A stretch of DNA of 64,000 nucleotides from Monocercomonoides exilis PA203 (lineage: Eukaryota > Protista > Preaxostyla): NCBI GenBank assembly GCA_001643675.2, contig LSRY02000028.1:1116001-1180000 (forward strand), read 5' to 3'. Shown here piece by piece: positions 43,701-57,000 of this stretch; within the stretch, counting starts at the first letter, position 1, and each line of letters begins with the position of its first letter. Made by a program: the position numbers and the translations under genes. Under the pieces are notes generated by a model, which did no database searches, was not told where the DNA came from, and saw only the letters and a program-made list of their open reading frames with translations.

Positions 43701-46700
43701 ATCGTCTGCTTTTCTGTTGTTTCTGCCTGGCCGTCTGTTGCATCCAAAAGTCGTCACAAAAATGAATCCTCACTCCATTCACCACTTCTGCGCTAAAGTT
43801 TGAGACTTTTTCTTATTTTTTATTTATTTATTTGTTTGTTTATTATTCTTTCATCATTTGCTGTTTTATTTATTGGAATTAATTAAACATTCCCAATCTC
43901 CCTCACAAACATCAGGTGCTGTTTTCTCTGCCCACACTCGATGTCACTCTTGTTGTCGATATGGCCTCTCTTCCTCCTTCTTTCTATCTTCCTCGCCCTC
44001 CTTCTGCCTCCTCCTCTTCCCTCTCCACACATTCATCTCAGCCAGCCAGCCACCTCATCTACTCCTTCCACACCCTTCTCCTTCAGCTCTTGCTCGCCTT
44101 CAATGGCTGGGTAGAAGACAAACAAAGAGACGACCTCATACAAAATGCACAGAAAAACAAGAATATCCTTCTTCAGACACAAAAAGAGCAGGCAATACAA
44201 CAAAAGCCATCACTCGCACGTTCTCCTCGCCTCTCAGCCAGTCTGCCTGCTGTCGACATCACAAAAACAGAACAATCCAAAGAAAAAGAAGAGAAAACAG
44301 ACAATTCACAGGCTGCTTCTGTTGCTTCTTCTCCTTCATCATCCAATTCATCAACAGCTTCCTCTCCAAAAATGGAGTTTTCTTCGCTTTTCTCTTCTTC
44401 TCTCTCATTCACCCCCACTCACACAGACAACAACGCAACACACACACAATTGACAACACATGAGAAGAATCAGCCAGCCAGTTCACCAAAAGCATCTTCT
44501 CCTCCTCCTCTTTCATCATCATCATCATCTACTACTACAACTACTTCTTCTTCTTCTTCCCCTTCTTCTTCTTCTTCTTCTTCTTCTCTTTCGTCTTCTC
44601 CCTCTCAAACTATTCTGACTAATACCCCCAACACATCCAGTGCCAATACCCTTCCTCTTCCTCCTTCCCACAAAAAGCCACAAAAGCTTCTTCCTCTTCC
44701 CTTCACACGCCCAAAGGCATCGTGGCGGAGAGTGGAAATAACAGGCTCCAAGCGCTTCAACTCCTTCTTCACTCAAAACGACGCGAAGATTCTGTTGAAA
44801 GAGATGAAAGACGCGTCAATTGGAGGAAAAGAGCCGAAAGCTGTCCAAACACAGACAGAAAAAGACTCCTCTTCTGAAGGCACTTCAAAAGAAGACAAGA
44901 AAACTGGCTTGTCAAACAACTCTTCAACATCCTCCAAACTTGCTTCATCTGAATCTTCGCAAAATACAACACTTGTTGTTTCCTCTGCCCATCCATCGCC
45001 TCTTTCATCTCCTATTCCATCGTCATCTCCTCAAATTCATTCAAAACAGCATCAAACAAACTCTTCTGCTGCTTCTCCTTCTGACTCCTATCAAACACTC
45101 CCTGCTTCTCTTACAAAGACCCCTCCTCCGATTCAGCAGCAGCAGTCAACAGAAAGTTTTGTCTCCCACACTCTTCCTCTTCCTTCCTCTTCCTCTTCTC
45201 CTCCTCCTTTCCTTTCTCCAAATGCTCATGCTGTCACATCCTCTTCAAACAGACACACAGAAATCCCTCGTCTTCGCCGCCTTGTCTTCTACAGGCCATC
45301 CATCAACACGCCATTCTTAGCCATGTTCCTCACTTCTCTCTGCCCGTCCATCTGCTACAATCTTCCAACACATTCATCCAACTTTACTCTTTCTTCAAGC
45401 TCATCTTATTCCCCTGCTTCAACAACAATCACTCCTACTTCTCCAACATCACCTTGTTCCTCCTCTTCCTCTTCCTCTTCCTCATCTTCTTCTTTTTCTT
45501 CTTCTTCTTCCTTCACCACCTCTCCCACCCACTACACCCAGCCACCCGAACAGCCAGCTCTTCCTCTCTTCTCCTGCGACTTCATCAGCTCTGATGAAGC
45601 ACTCTGCCGTGTCGTGTCTGCCAAGTCTATTGCATCTTCTCTCTTGAAACCTTCCACCCGCCCCAAAACTTCCCAAGCGCCGTCTGTCCTCTCCACCTTC
45701 GACGTGCCCAGCTCCTCTTCTTCTGCCTCCTTCTCCTCTCAAAGCACCAACAGCACTTCCACATTCCCTCCTCTCCCTCCGCCTCTTCCTCTCTCCTCGT
45801 CTGCCCTCATCTTCCCCTGCCAGCGCGAGTCGAGATACAAAACAAGACTCGGAAGATATCTTCTGTTCACTCTGTCTTCGGTGATTGTGCTCGATGAGAA
45901 GTCGCTGATTGTCAAGGAAGAGCTGCCGCTGGCGATGCTTGTGGCATTCCACTACAGCGAAAAGGACAGAGAGAAGGCAAAGGCGAAGGAGCTGCAGAGG
46001 CAGAAAGAGGCAGAAATCGAAATGGAGCGAAGGAAAGAGAAGATAAGGAGGAAGATGATGGGCTCAGAAGAATGGAGCAAAGGTGACTCGGCTGGTGTGT
46101 ATGATGAATATGATGAAAATGGAGACAATTCTGTTGGCTCTTCTTCTTTTCGCAGAGCTACTTCTCGTTCGCCTGTTAATTCTTCATACTCTTCAGAAGC
46201 ACGTGTTTCAGTGGCTGACAAAGTGGCAATGTACAACAGAAGAGCAACTGAATCATCATCATCATCATCTTCTTCTTCTTCTTCTTCTTCTTCTTCTTCT
46301 TCCAAACAGACAGAATCCACATCAGACAAAGCAGATGCTGTCACACAACCAAAGTCTCCTCTGCCGACATCGCCGAGTGCATCTGACGAGACGAATGATT
46401 TGATGGCCCAGTCTCCTTCTCCATTTCAGTCAGCCACAGCAGCCCCTACATCGACAAGAGGAATATCTCCTCTGCCTCAAATGAACAGCTCTGCCACAAG
46501 TCCCTCACATGACGCATCTCAACAGGCACTGAATGGCATTTCTGACTCGTCTGCTGAGCAGAAAGAGCGAACTGTGTCGACTTCTGAACCAGACAGCGAG
46601 TCAGAAAAAGACGAAGTTGAAGAGCCAGAAAAGGAGAGTGAAGACAGACGTAATGCGCTCTTCTTGTACTTCCAGTGGAGACCAAAGACATCGTCTCCTG

Positions 46701-48679
46701 AATGTTATGCTCAGCCTTCCTTTTCACAGACCATCCCATCTCCACCAGCAGATGTGTCTTCTTTGTCATCTTCTGTTGCTCGCCCATCATCAACGCTCCT
46801 TCTGCCAGAGCAGCTGAAGGAGCCCTTCAAAGAATACAGTCGCATCTTCTTCTTCCCTTCGCATGCTGTCAGAGAGTCCTTTGTGGAGTGCTTGCTGTCA
46901 CTCACACAGCAGCTGATGGTTAGAGACGCTGAATTCTCGAAGATGAGAGAGAAAGCAGCTGAACTCGAAGAAAAAGTGAATGCAAATGCAAATACGAATG
47001 AAAAAGAAAAAGAAAGAGAAAAATGTGAGCAAAAACAGACTCTTCCAACTGCAATGAAACATGGAATGAGCGAAGAAGAAGCAGCTGAATGGGAACTTTA
47101 TGATCCTCTTTGTGAAACAGCTAATCCTCTTTCTTCTCCTTCGACACTTTCCTATTCATCCGCCTCTCTCTCATTTGTAATCTCAGATTTCACATCATCT
47201 CTATCCTCTTCCTCCTCTTCCTCTTCCTCTTCCTCTTCATCCACTTCACCAAAGAACCCCAAAAATACTTCTTCCACACTTCCGCTGGCTGCATCGCGCA
47301 GAAAGTCCACCGCTGGCTTCCATCGCGATGCCATCTCTCCGTTTGGACAGGCACTGGAGGCTCTTCTGGCGACACCTCACTCTTCACGCCGCATTCTGAA
47401 AGTGACACCGACTTCTGTTCTGGTGCTGTCAATCGAAAAGGAAGCGAAATCTGACAACAAAATCGGGAGGAGTGCTGTTGTGTGTTCAGATATACCGTTT
47501 CTGTCGCTGCAACTGGCGTCGCTTATGCCTGGTTGTGACTACAAGTTCCGAATAAAAGACAGACGAGACATCACATCACATACATTCATCTGGGACTGCA
47601 GAATGGACAATGCATCACCCCCAGTCATTCAGCACACGAAGACAGAAACAGAAGAGAAGAAGGAGAAGAATGGGATGAAAGCTGCTCAGAATGCAAGCGG
47701 AATAACAAGCTCTTCTCTTCAAGCAGACAAAGCTATTCATCCATCGTCTCAGATTTCAGAAGACCCGCAATCAGCACAAGAGCCTTCATCGACTGTGTTT
47801 GTGGCGTATGCGAAGTGGATCGTTGCACAGATTCAGCACGAAACACGGCGGTACTTCAGCAGTCTGTTTGACTCGTTTCTGTATCTCCGCCAGACATCGC
47901 CTCCGCTCCTCCATTCTGAGCTGTCTCTCCTCCGCCCTTGCCACGAAGAGGTCACCTCTTGTCTTGCCAGCAGCACACACCCTGCTCTCCTCCTCTCCCA
48001 CTTCAAGGCGCTCTTTCCAGTCGCCTTCGAGAAGTCGCTCCTGGCTTCCTCTGAAACTTATTTCGGTTCTCATTTTCTATCAGCTTCTATGCATAATTAT
48101 GCCTCTAATTCTTTTGCTCCTTCTTCGTCACCATCTTCTTCGGAATCAAAAACACGTTTTTCAACTTTGACACCATCTTGTTCTGTTTCTCCATTGCAGC
48201 CAACATCATCTTCTCCTTCTCATCAACATATGCCTTTGCCTTCTTATTCACCAACTTCTTCTCCTCCACCCGCATCCTCTCCTCCGTCTAACATTCATCT
48301 CACTCTCTCTTCTAAACAGCCACTTTCACTCAGCTCGCAAACTCTCCCTCATCCAACTGCATCCCCACCAAGCAAAAAGCTTTCCCTTCGGCCAATATTT
48401 ATATTCACATCAAAGACACCGCAGGTACACCCACAAGATGGTAGTCAGCTGTTTTCTCCTTCCAGAAACTCATTTGATCACTTTGTTACTCCGCTGTCTC
48501 CACTCTCAAGCGCTGAACAAATACACACAGAAAGACCAGATGGAGAAGGTAATGGCACCATTCAACAGAATGCGTGTCAGAACACTGAAAAATCCTTACC
48601 TTCGTCTGTTCCTAGCAATCATGTTCATCACAAATCTTCATCGTTTTCGTTTTCGTTAGACTTTCTTCCTCATTGTTAA
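40762..48679 (+). CDS. Neurofibromin-like RasGAP with degenerate Sec14-like and PH-like segments, multi-exon, expanded by Ser-rich inserts
   Basis: TTMLRANNMTSKI (arginine-finger region), FLRFVCPTIFSP (RasGAP signature), RNLITVTKCIQQLAN..FGKKEPKMAVLNEWI. Later segments LVVDMA, LRRLVFYRPS and RYLLFTLSSVIVLD. ORFs 40921, 41350, 43192 and 43916 are linked by short introns. Confidence 0.8.
42799..42840 (+). repeat. Short 9-bp tandem repeat (AATACCTTT-like) encoding NTF/NTI
   Basis: aataccttt aataccttt aataccatt aatactatt aat. Confidence 0.7.
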
Positions 48680-50048
48680 ACGGTTTCTTTAAGAAGTTAG
48701 TTCAGAGAGTATTTTTTTTTTTTACACTTTTTTGTTTTCTTTATTTGACATTAAAAATATTGTTTTGTTCATTTGTGAATTTTGAAAAGGTAAATTTTAA
48801 TTATTATTATAACTTAAAGTGTGGGTTTTAATTATTTTTCTTGAAAAATACCCAAGATTATAAATGGTTTGCGCATTTTTTTATTTGTTTATTAACAAAA
48901 TTGTGTGACCAGTTTGGAAACTCGTAGTTTATTCTTTCTTATTTCTTTTAATTATTCGTTTTTTATTCATTAAAAAAAATATTTTATTTTTTCACAAAAA
49001 AGAAAGAGCGCTAAACAATTATAAAAAATTATAAGTGGATTTTTTTCATTTTAAAATGACAAATTGCCAAAACTTCTGAATGCACCGCACACATTAATTT
49101 ATCCGTTTTGCAAAAAGAAAGAAATGACAATTCATAAAAACAATTTTTTCTGTCAATCACAACAAATATGTTTTTCTTTATATTTGATGAAGTTCTTATA
49201 AATGATTAGTTGGTGGAAAAAATATTCATAAAAACTTTTCTTGCACAAAGAGCGTTTGCATTGCAATTCTCAAAAACTGTGTCGAACTTTATCAGATTAC
49301 GAAATAAATAGAATTTTCACATTTATGAATTTGTATCATTGATATAACAGCCTAATTTTGTGTGTCACAACTTGATAACGAAAAAATAAACCAATCACAT
49401 TAAAATATTTTGATCACAAAATATTCATCAACAGTTCTTTATAATTTTCATGGAAATGAGTGAAGTGTTTTTCTTCATGACTTAATGACTATTATTTAAT
49501 AACGATAAAGAAAAAAGAATTAAAAAAATGAACTTGTTTTTTTTTTTATAATTCATCAGCCTTTTTTTCAAAAGGAATGCGAGAATGAAAGAGAGTTTTT
49601 TTTTCCACCAAAAAAAAAAGAAAGAAAGAAAAGATAAAATAAAAGAAAAAAAAAAGAAAAAGAAAAAAAAAATAAAATACAAATTTTCTAGAGCCTTGCC
49701 AAATATTTCAAATTTGCACAAATTATTCGATGTGTTTTCATATGTTTCTTTTTTTTCTGGTTTTATTCATTAAATCAAAAATAAATTGTGTGATTATTTT
49801 TGATACACAATTTTTCCATTCAGTAATTTCGTTTTTAAAATTTCCCTTGAATAATTACAAAAGAACTATGCAAAATTAAAATGCCTATTGGTAACATCTT
49901 CGTCTTTTTTGAGCAAAAATATTTGTTTTTGAAACAGTTGATATTAATAGATATATTGAATACAAAATTTCTCCCATTGACAAGAAACCTTAGAAAAAGT
50001 CTATTTACATAAAAAAGTTCTGGTTTCAAAAATAATCACCAATAATAT

Positions 50049-50288
50049 GGGTAATTCTTTTTGAAAAGTCGCAAATGTTTAATTTTCAAATTAATCAAAA
50101 ATATCATATTTTGCTCATATTTCTGTTTTCACTCACGAATCTTCTTTGGAACGAATGAAATAGCATTATCAAGAAATATATTCCATATTGGTGAAGTTTG
50201 GTTTGTGAAAACAGAAATATGAGCAACATATGATATTTTTGATTTATTTGAAAATTAAACATTAGCGACTTTTCAAAAAGAATTACCC
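50049..50288. mobile_element. Foldback / MITE-like element 2 (240 bp, ~84-bp inverted arms, ATAT on both flanks)
   Basis: gggtaattctttttgaaaagtcgc..ttgctcatatttctgttttcac pairs with gtgaaaacagaaatatgagcaa..gcgacttttcaaaaagaattaccc with about 3 mismatches. ATAT lies at 50045-50048 and 50289-50292. Confidence 0.85.
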
Positions 50289-50425
50289 ATATGTATTATT
50301 CTTTATGAAAAGTTGCACATTTTTAACATCGGGGTTAAAAATTGAACCTTCTTTGATAATTTTAGGTGATGAATTCAACAAATTTCTCCACTGTGAACAC
50401 ATTCTCACTTTAAATAGGTTAGAAT

Positions 50426-50656
50426 ATTCATATGGGGAAAAATACGGTCTTTCAAGCTTTTTATGCACAAAGCATGAAAAAATTGTTTCACTCATAACTT
50501 TGTTTCGCTTTCTCAGATTTCAAAACAAATATGATATTCATCTCTATAAACAGGCATCTTTGAAATCAAAACATGAGGAATAGAAAAATTTATTGAATTT
50601 CAAAAAATGGACCCATTTTTATTGTTATTTTTAATCTCAAAAAGTCAATGAAAAGT
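50426..50656 (-). repeat. Dispersed repeat, copy 2 (inverted relative to 3296-3526)
   Basis: Same hand alignment as copy 1. Contains the palindrome aaaaatgg-ac-ccattttt. Confidence 0.9.
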
Positions 50657-51127
50657 TCATAATTTTTCAATGAAAATGCCTGAAGTGAAATATTCTTCCC
50701 CATTTAAAAAAAATGATAAAAAATGATAAATCTGTAACAAAAAAGTGATCATTTAATGTTCAATTTAAGAAAACTCAGATTGTTAACATTTGTGGCTTCA
50801 CAAAAAGAATAAACCAAATATTTGTCTTAACTGTTTTCCATTTTTGAAGATTGAATATCTATAGAATTGAAATCTTTATACAATGTTCGTTAATGAAAAT
50901 TAATCTTTTCAATTAAAGATGTTGTAATAATCAATTCTTTCTTTGTTTGTTGACAGTTTCTGAAATAATTTTTGTTTGGTATATTTTTATTTGTTGAAAA
51001 CAATGAGTTTCACCACAATTATAAAAGTTTTAACATTTCAATTCGAAAAACAATACAATTCAAAAAATTATGGTTAATATTGATCAAGATAGTTTAAATT
51101 TTTATTCAAAATATTTTTTGATTTTCG

Positions 51128-53405
51128 ATGCAGTGGTCTGTGAATCAACCAAATTCACAAGCAAGACAGCCGGGGACGACTCATTCTCGAACCCCAAAGG
51201 CTGTAACTGTGCGTCCGTTTCAGACAGGTCCAATAACAATTCGTTCAATTCCAACTGCCCAAACTACTCCGTTACCACAACCTCAAATAGAAGCTGATCA
51301 AGAAGATTCAGAAGTTTTCACACAGAAATTTATTTCAAATCTACAGGGGCAAATTCATTTGTTGGAATTGGAGTCAAAACTATTAAAAGAAAGACTTTCT
51401 GGGGATCAGGAGAAAAAAGGTCCTGACTTGGACGAAGTTGATACATCAGATGTTGATCCAGCATTGCGAGAACTCAGAAAAATGTATCATGAATTGGAGC
51501 AAGAGGGGAAAAATGAAAAGGAGGTATTGAGATTATTCTTTTTTTCTTTTTTTTTTATTTATTCATTTATTATTTGAAGAGACTTCTTGATCTGATTAAT
51601 AAATTGCTAAATGATCGAGCAATTCTTCTTTCAGCGCAAGAGCGCTTGACAAATGAGGCTCAGGAAGCCAAAAATGAAACACAAAAAGTGATGGAAGAGA
51701 CTGAATCCATGAAAAAACCATTTTCGAAACAGATTGCAGCACTTAAACAACAAATACAAGCAACCGATGAAGAACTTAAGAGAGCTTCCGATGAGAAAGA
51801 TCGCCTGAAAGAAGAGTTGGAATTTGCTGTTACTAGATCGAGCCAATTAAAGAACTTAATAGATGATCAAAAAAAATCGTTAAGAGATAAAGACGTTTGT
51901 GATGATAGTTATATTTTTATATAAAGATGCTAACATAATTCTTCTACGTGTTATTTTAAAAATCTTATGAAATTACAATTTCACAAAAGTCGCAATTAGC
52001 ACCTTTGAAAGACTTAGTTGCAGAACTTGCCGAAGAAGAAGAACGGCTCCGTGCCCAGTTGAATGAATGCAAAGAAGGAAGAAAAGAAGACGAAGATATA
52101 ATCCGTGATGCAAAGGAGAAATTATCTCAGCTTCAACATATAGATGGAGAAGGAGTAGCTGCAGTGAGACAAAAAGAGATGGAAGCGGAATCGCTTCGTA
52201 CAACAAAGGACAGAATAGACGAGGAGAATAGAAAGATAATGGTTTGATTGCGAAAAAAAAAAAAAAAAGAAAGATAAGCATTTTTTTGTAGAATAAATAA
52301 TGAAAATTAATAAAGAGGGAATAAGAAAAGAGATAATAATATTTTCAAAAAAAACTTCATTTTTCTTGAAAATTTGATTGAATTATTTGCAAATTACAAT
52401 TTTACAATTCATTTGTTTTCCAATGTTTATTTTTTCTTTCAGAAGGAAAATGGAGACCTGCGAAGAGAAATTGCTGTGGCGAAGGAAAATATTGCTTCAT
52501 TAAGTGCAGAAACAGCGCAGATGAAAAAGCAAACAGCACAATTGGAAGCAAACGGAGCAACAGAAGAAAAAGAAGCCAGACAAGAGTCAGAAAAGGCAAA
52601 CGAATGCAGAAACAAAGCAGCAGCTATTGAAAGAGAATGTGGAGTGCTCCGTTCAAAGATTGATGCAATCCATCGAGATATTGATAATACAAAAGATAAG
52701 GTTTGTATTTATTACTTCTTCTTTGTCAAAACAAAATTCTTTGATATGCCATTTTTAAATGAAATTGCATTGATTGAAATTGTTTCGCTATTTATTAATG
52801 TTTTTTAATTTCCAACAAATCTTTTCTTTTCTACATTTCATGACAATTTCCTCATTTAAAATCAATAGATTGACGATTTGCTTTCCGATGATGAATCAAA
52901 GCAAGCTGAAATGGCTCATCTCACTGCGACTGTGCGCCTTCAAAAAAGTGACCTTGATGCTCTTCAACGGTCTGCGTCTTCACTTCGCGAACAGCTGGCA
53001 GCAATGGTGGACGACAACACGATGCTGCAGAAGGAGAATGATCGTCTAGCTAAACGTGCTGCATTCCTTGCTTCACTTGAACTTGGCAAAGCGCCGGAGC
53101 TTGTTGAGCTGCGCGAGACAAATCAGAAGATGGAGCGAACGTTGGCAGCTTTGAAAAAGAAGATTGCAGAAGGCGAAGAAGAGAGAGATGCGGAAGAGCA
53201 GATGCTGACAATGAATGGAGGACGAGGTTCAGACACAGGCGGGAAAAGCATATCTCCTGGAACTCGCAGCTATTTGAGCTCGTTCACAAGTGCAACTATG
53301 AAGTCTCCACTGAGCGTGGGAGAACAAAGAAAAAAGAGAAACGAAGAACTGAAGAAAAAAATTCAGTCAAAGCAATCAGAAGAGGGAACAAAATCAAGGG
53401 GATGA
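51128..53405 (+). CDS. Long coiled-coil protein, about 5 exons (possibly cytoskeletal or flagellar)
   Basis: ORFs 51128, 51574, 52005, 52374 and 52878 contain heptad-rich E/K/Q/L segments bounded by GT..AG introns. TGA ends at 53405. Confidence 0.8.
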
Positions 53406-54020
53406 GTTTTTTATTTTGCATCTTATATTTCTCGTACATTTGCCATTTCACATTTTTCTTGCTGTGTTAATTGTTTTTTTAGTTTCACTTCATCTTTTGT
53501 AACGATCAATTTTCGTTTTTGGTGATTGTTAACCATTTCATTTTTTTTTAGAATTAACAAATAGATGAATTTCATGCTGTTTTCCGTTCAATTAATTTTT
53601 ATGTATTGACAAAAAATTGGATTCATCGATACATAGCGCTATCAGTTATTTGTGTTCTTATTTTTCAATTTCCGTTTCTTCAAATAAGATGAAGCTTTTC
53701 CAAAAAAGAAAAAAAAAAACAATATTTGGATTTTAATTTCACGAAATGAAACGTAATAAGGAATATTATCTTTTTTCGAAATCAAACATATATTTCTTCC
53801 ATGCACAATTACACAATAAGTGATAATCAAACTTTCGATATAATCCAAAAACAAAAATTCCCATTTGTGATTCAAAAATTTCATGTCAATAGAATATTTT
53901 ATTTTTCAGTTGATAAATATCATATTTGTGGAAATACTATGTCTATATCAGATTTCATAAATCGTTCAATGTCATTGCAAATATTGAAATCACCATCTCA
54001 AATTACAAATAATTGATTCT

Positions 54021-57000
54021 TCACATCTCAGTATCAATAATTTTCTCCGAAATATGAATAATCTGATCAAACGAATTCATCAATGATTCTACAACGCAAC
54101 AATTTGAAGACGAAGACTGAGATGCAGAGGAAGGAAGTGTACGTATCAAAGCTAGAGCATTTTCCAGGCAATCAAACAGACATAAAACTATTGATAATAA
54201 TTAGACCGATAAGCGTTTCATCGTTTTTTTTGAAATAGAAAGTTTTTTGAAAGTTTATTTTTAAAAATATCAATGGAAAAAAATAATTCAAAGAATTACA
54301 CACCGATTGCACCAAGATGATTCCAGCATTTTCCAGTTGAAGGAGGCTTCGGAGGAGGAGGACGGCCGCCAGGTGGCTCTGGAAGACCTTTTGCTTGCCG
54401 ATCCGCAACTTCTAAATTATATCTGATGGGTTAATCATTGCAAGTTTATTCACAGGAAATAAGAAAAAAAAGAGAAATACAAAATTGAAACAATGTGTAT
54501 TTTTTTAAAAAAAAATTATTCAAGAATTAAAATATCTAAACACACTTCTTTCGAGATGTCTCTTCAATATTCGTTAGCATTGCGTCAAATCTCTGCAATT
54601 GGTTAGAAATTAACAACTGCGTTCTTTTCAGGCCAACCGCAGCAGTTTCCACATTTCTCGGAGAAAGCGCTTCTTCCATCAGTGCTACCAGTGTTGACAC
54701 TTCATTCACATGCTTTGGCATCAACTTTTGAGGAAAGGCATCCTTTGAATTTGCATCGCTTTGCGAAGAAGAACTCGATGAAACAGCAGAAAGCGGAGAC
54801 GACGAAATCCCACCAAATTTTATTGGGGACATTGTCAGACCAAGATTCGCTGGCTTTAATGGAGTGTTTTGTCTTGCAATACAGTTTTGATTGGACGAAG
54901 GAGATGCTGTTGAATTTACTGCTTCCTTTTTCATTTGGCGAACAGAAGTCGTGTGATGATGTAATCTTCTTGTCAACACGAGCAAAAACTCTGCATTTGC
55001 TTGATCACAAGGAGTTGAAATTCTAAGTGTTTGAATGCACCGAGATCGTCTTTTTATTCCAGGGAGTGGAGTCTCAGTCACAACAACCATCCGAACAACA
55101 GGCGGATCTGGAGGCTCGATATGCTCGTCTCCTTTTGTCTTTCCAACAAGTTGTTCGAATTCCTTTACTCTGCGCATCACATACTCGCGCTCTGTTTGAT
55201 GATCTGTTCTCTCGTAAAAATAGAACATTGATGTTTCAGCTGCTTGCGATGATAGAGGTTGCGTTGCTAAATCCCACATTTTTGGCTGAGGAGACAGATG
55301 AGAACGGGAAGTTGATGAAGTTGAGCTTCCCATTCGAGAATATGATGCATCTAACGGACAGGCAATGAACTCTGAGCACGAAAAAGCTGGAAAGCATATT
55401 TTATTACGCATATAGTATTTTCAACACACACAAAAAAATGCAAGTGCTTAAAACAAAAATTTAAGGCTCAAACCTTGTACCAGCCTGATCGCAGCCCCAG
55501 GAAAAGTTCGTGGCAACTCGTCTGATGGGAAAAACACCGCAACACCCGGATGCCACACGGCTAGCTTCCTTCTGAATGAGTCCAATGTATCGTCTGGTTC
55601 TCCTATGTATATGAACCGCTCAGACTGTTCTTGAGGTCCGTATTTTTCTCCACAGAACTGAACCATAAAGAAAGTCTGCGGAGGAAGCGTGGTAACAGAG
55701 TCGTTCGAAAGGCCTGTAACTTGTAATGCTCTGTTTGTCAATGCGCTCAAAAGAGGTTGAATGACATTGGTTGGAATGTTCTTTGTAATTGTGAAGCACG
55801 AAGAGAGAAGCCATTGACTCCTGCATTTAATACATCATTCAAAAGAAATATTTATTAATGTAGAGCACCCAGCAAGAAACAAGAAGGAAACATTTATGTA
55901 TAAGCACAATTAAGAACATTTAACAAAAATGAAATGAAATAGAAAAAAGCAAACCTATTCCAAAGACCAGCTTCGCAGAATAATTCAGATGCTGCAACAA
56001 GAAGCTTCACCAACTCAAAATATGTAAGTCCATTTCCAGGAGGCGTCATTTCATTTGCAGGAGAGAAAGGAACGATCCCTTCCATTTCTGAGATGTTAGA
56101 AATTGGAGAAGTTGGTGAGGATAACATTGGCAAAGTATGAGGAGAGGAAGAATCTTCAAAGTGCATTGCTGTCTGAAACGGAATCAATGGGTCCGTATCG
56201 ACCGACCCCAGAAGCTCTGGAGGTAGAACAAGAACCGTGTAACCTTTTCTCTCAAGCGTCTTTGCCCAACTCATAGCATCAGATGATTTTTCGAACCAAC
56301 CATCCCTCCAATCAGCTTCGCAATTCTCTTCCCACATCCACATAGTTGTTTGCTTTTCACTGTCACTTTGCTCTTTGTGCATCACAAGCTGTGCCTCATC
56401 ATTTGACAACGCTGAATTATAAGCTGATAATAACGAAAAAGGTGAATTCGGATGAATGTCTGATGATTTTGTCCATCTTCCAAAACGTTGAATTAAATCA
56501 ATCCTTTTCAGCATAGTAAAAGCAGCCTCTTTGACACGCTTTTTTTTCCGATAAAAGTAAAGCAAAGCTGACGAATACGGAACGCATCTACGATCTTTGA
56601 TGTGCGTAGCATAGACAATGAGAGTCCAGATGGCTTCGACGATACTGTCTTCGTTTGTGGTGAGCATATTTTCTGCAGATGGCTGTGAAAGAAGTGTTGC
56701 AAAGCTTTGTGAAACAGTTTCAAATGAGCGATTGATTTCAAAGCACTCATTCAGAAACGAGGAATCTCCGATGAGAGAAAAGGGAAGCAAAGGCAAAGGC
56801 TGCGTTTGCAAACATCCATTTCCATTATCAACTATTTCTTCAAAAGTTTTATCTGATGACTTTTTCCGACTCATTCTCGAACTGTGCGCCGATTGTAATT
56901 TTTCTGAATGAGGTGAAGAAAACAATGGCTGGCCTTCATCATCTGCTTGAATTGCATCATCGTTGTATTCCCCTTCTTCTCCATTTCCATCAGTGTCGAT

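Noticed and set aside
49835-50495. ORFs 50283-50495 and 49835-50029 join in frame when element 2 plus one ATAT is removed
   Set aside because: The join still contains a TGA, has a 1-in-3 chance of occurring at random, and the upstream part overlaps a repeat that looks non-coding. It is at best weak support for a 4-bp TSD, not for a gene.
50300-50705. Minus-strand frame of ~130 codons interrupted only by TGA, suggesting a UGA=Trp insert
   Set aside because: Substitutions against the 3296-3526 copy show no third-position bias and the translation has no recognisable motif. It is most likely non-coding.
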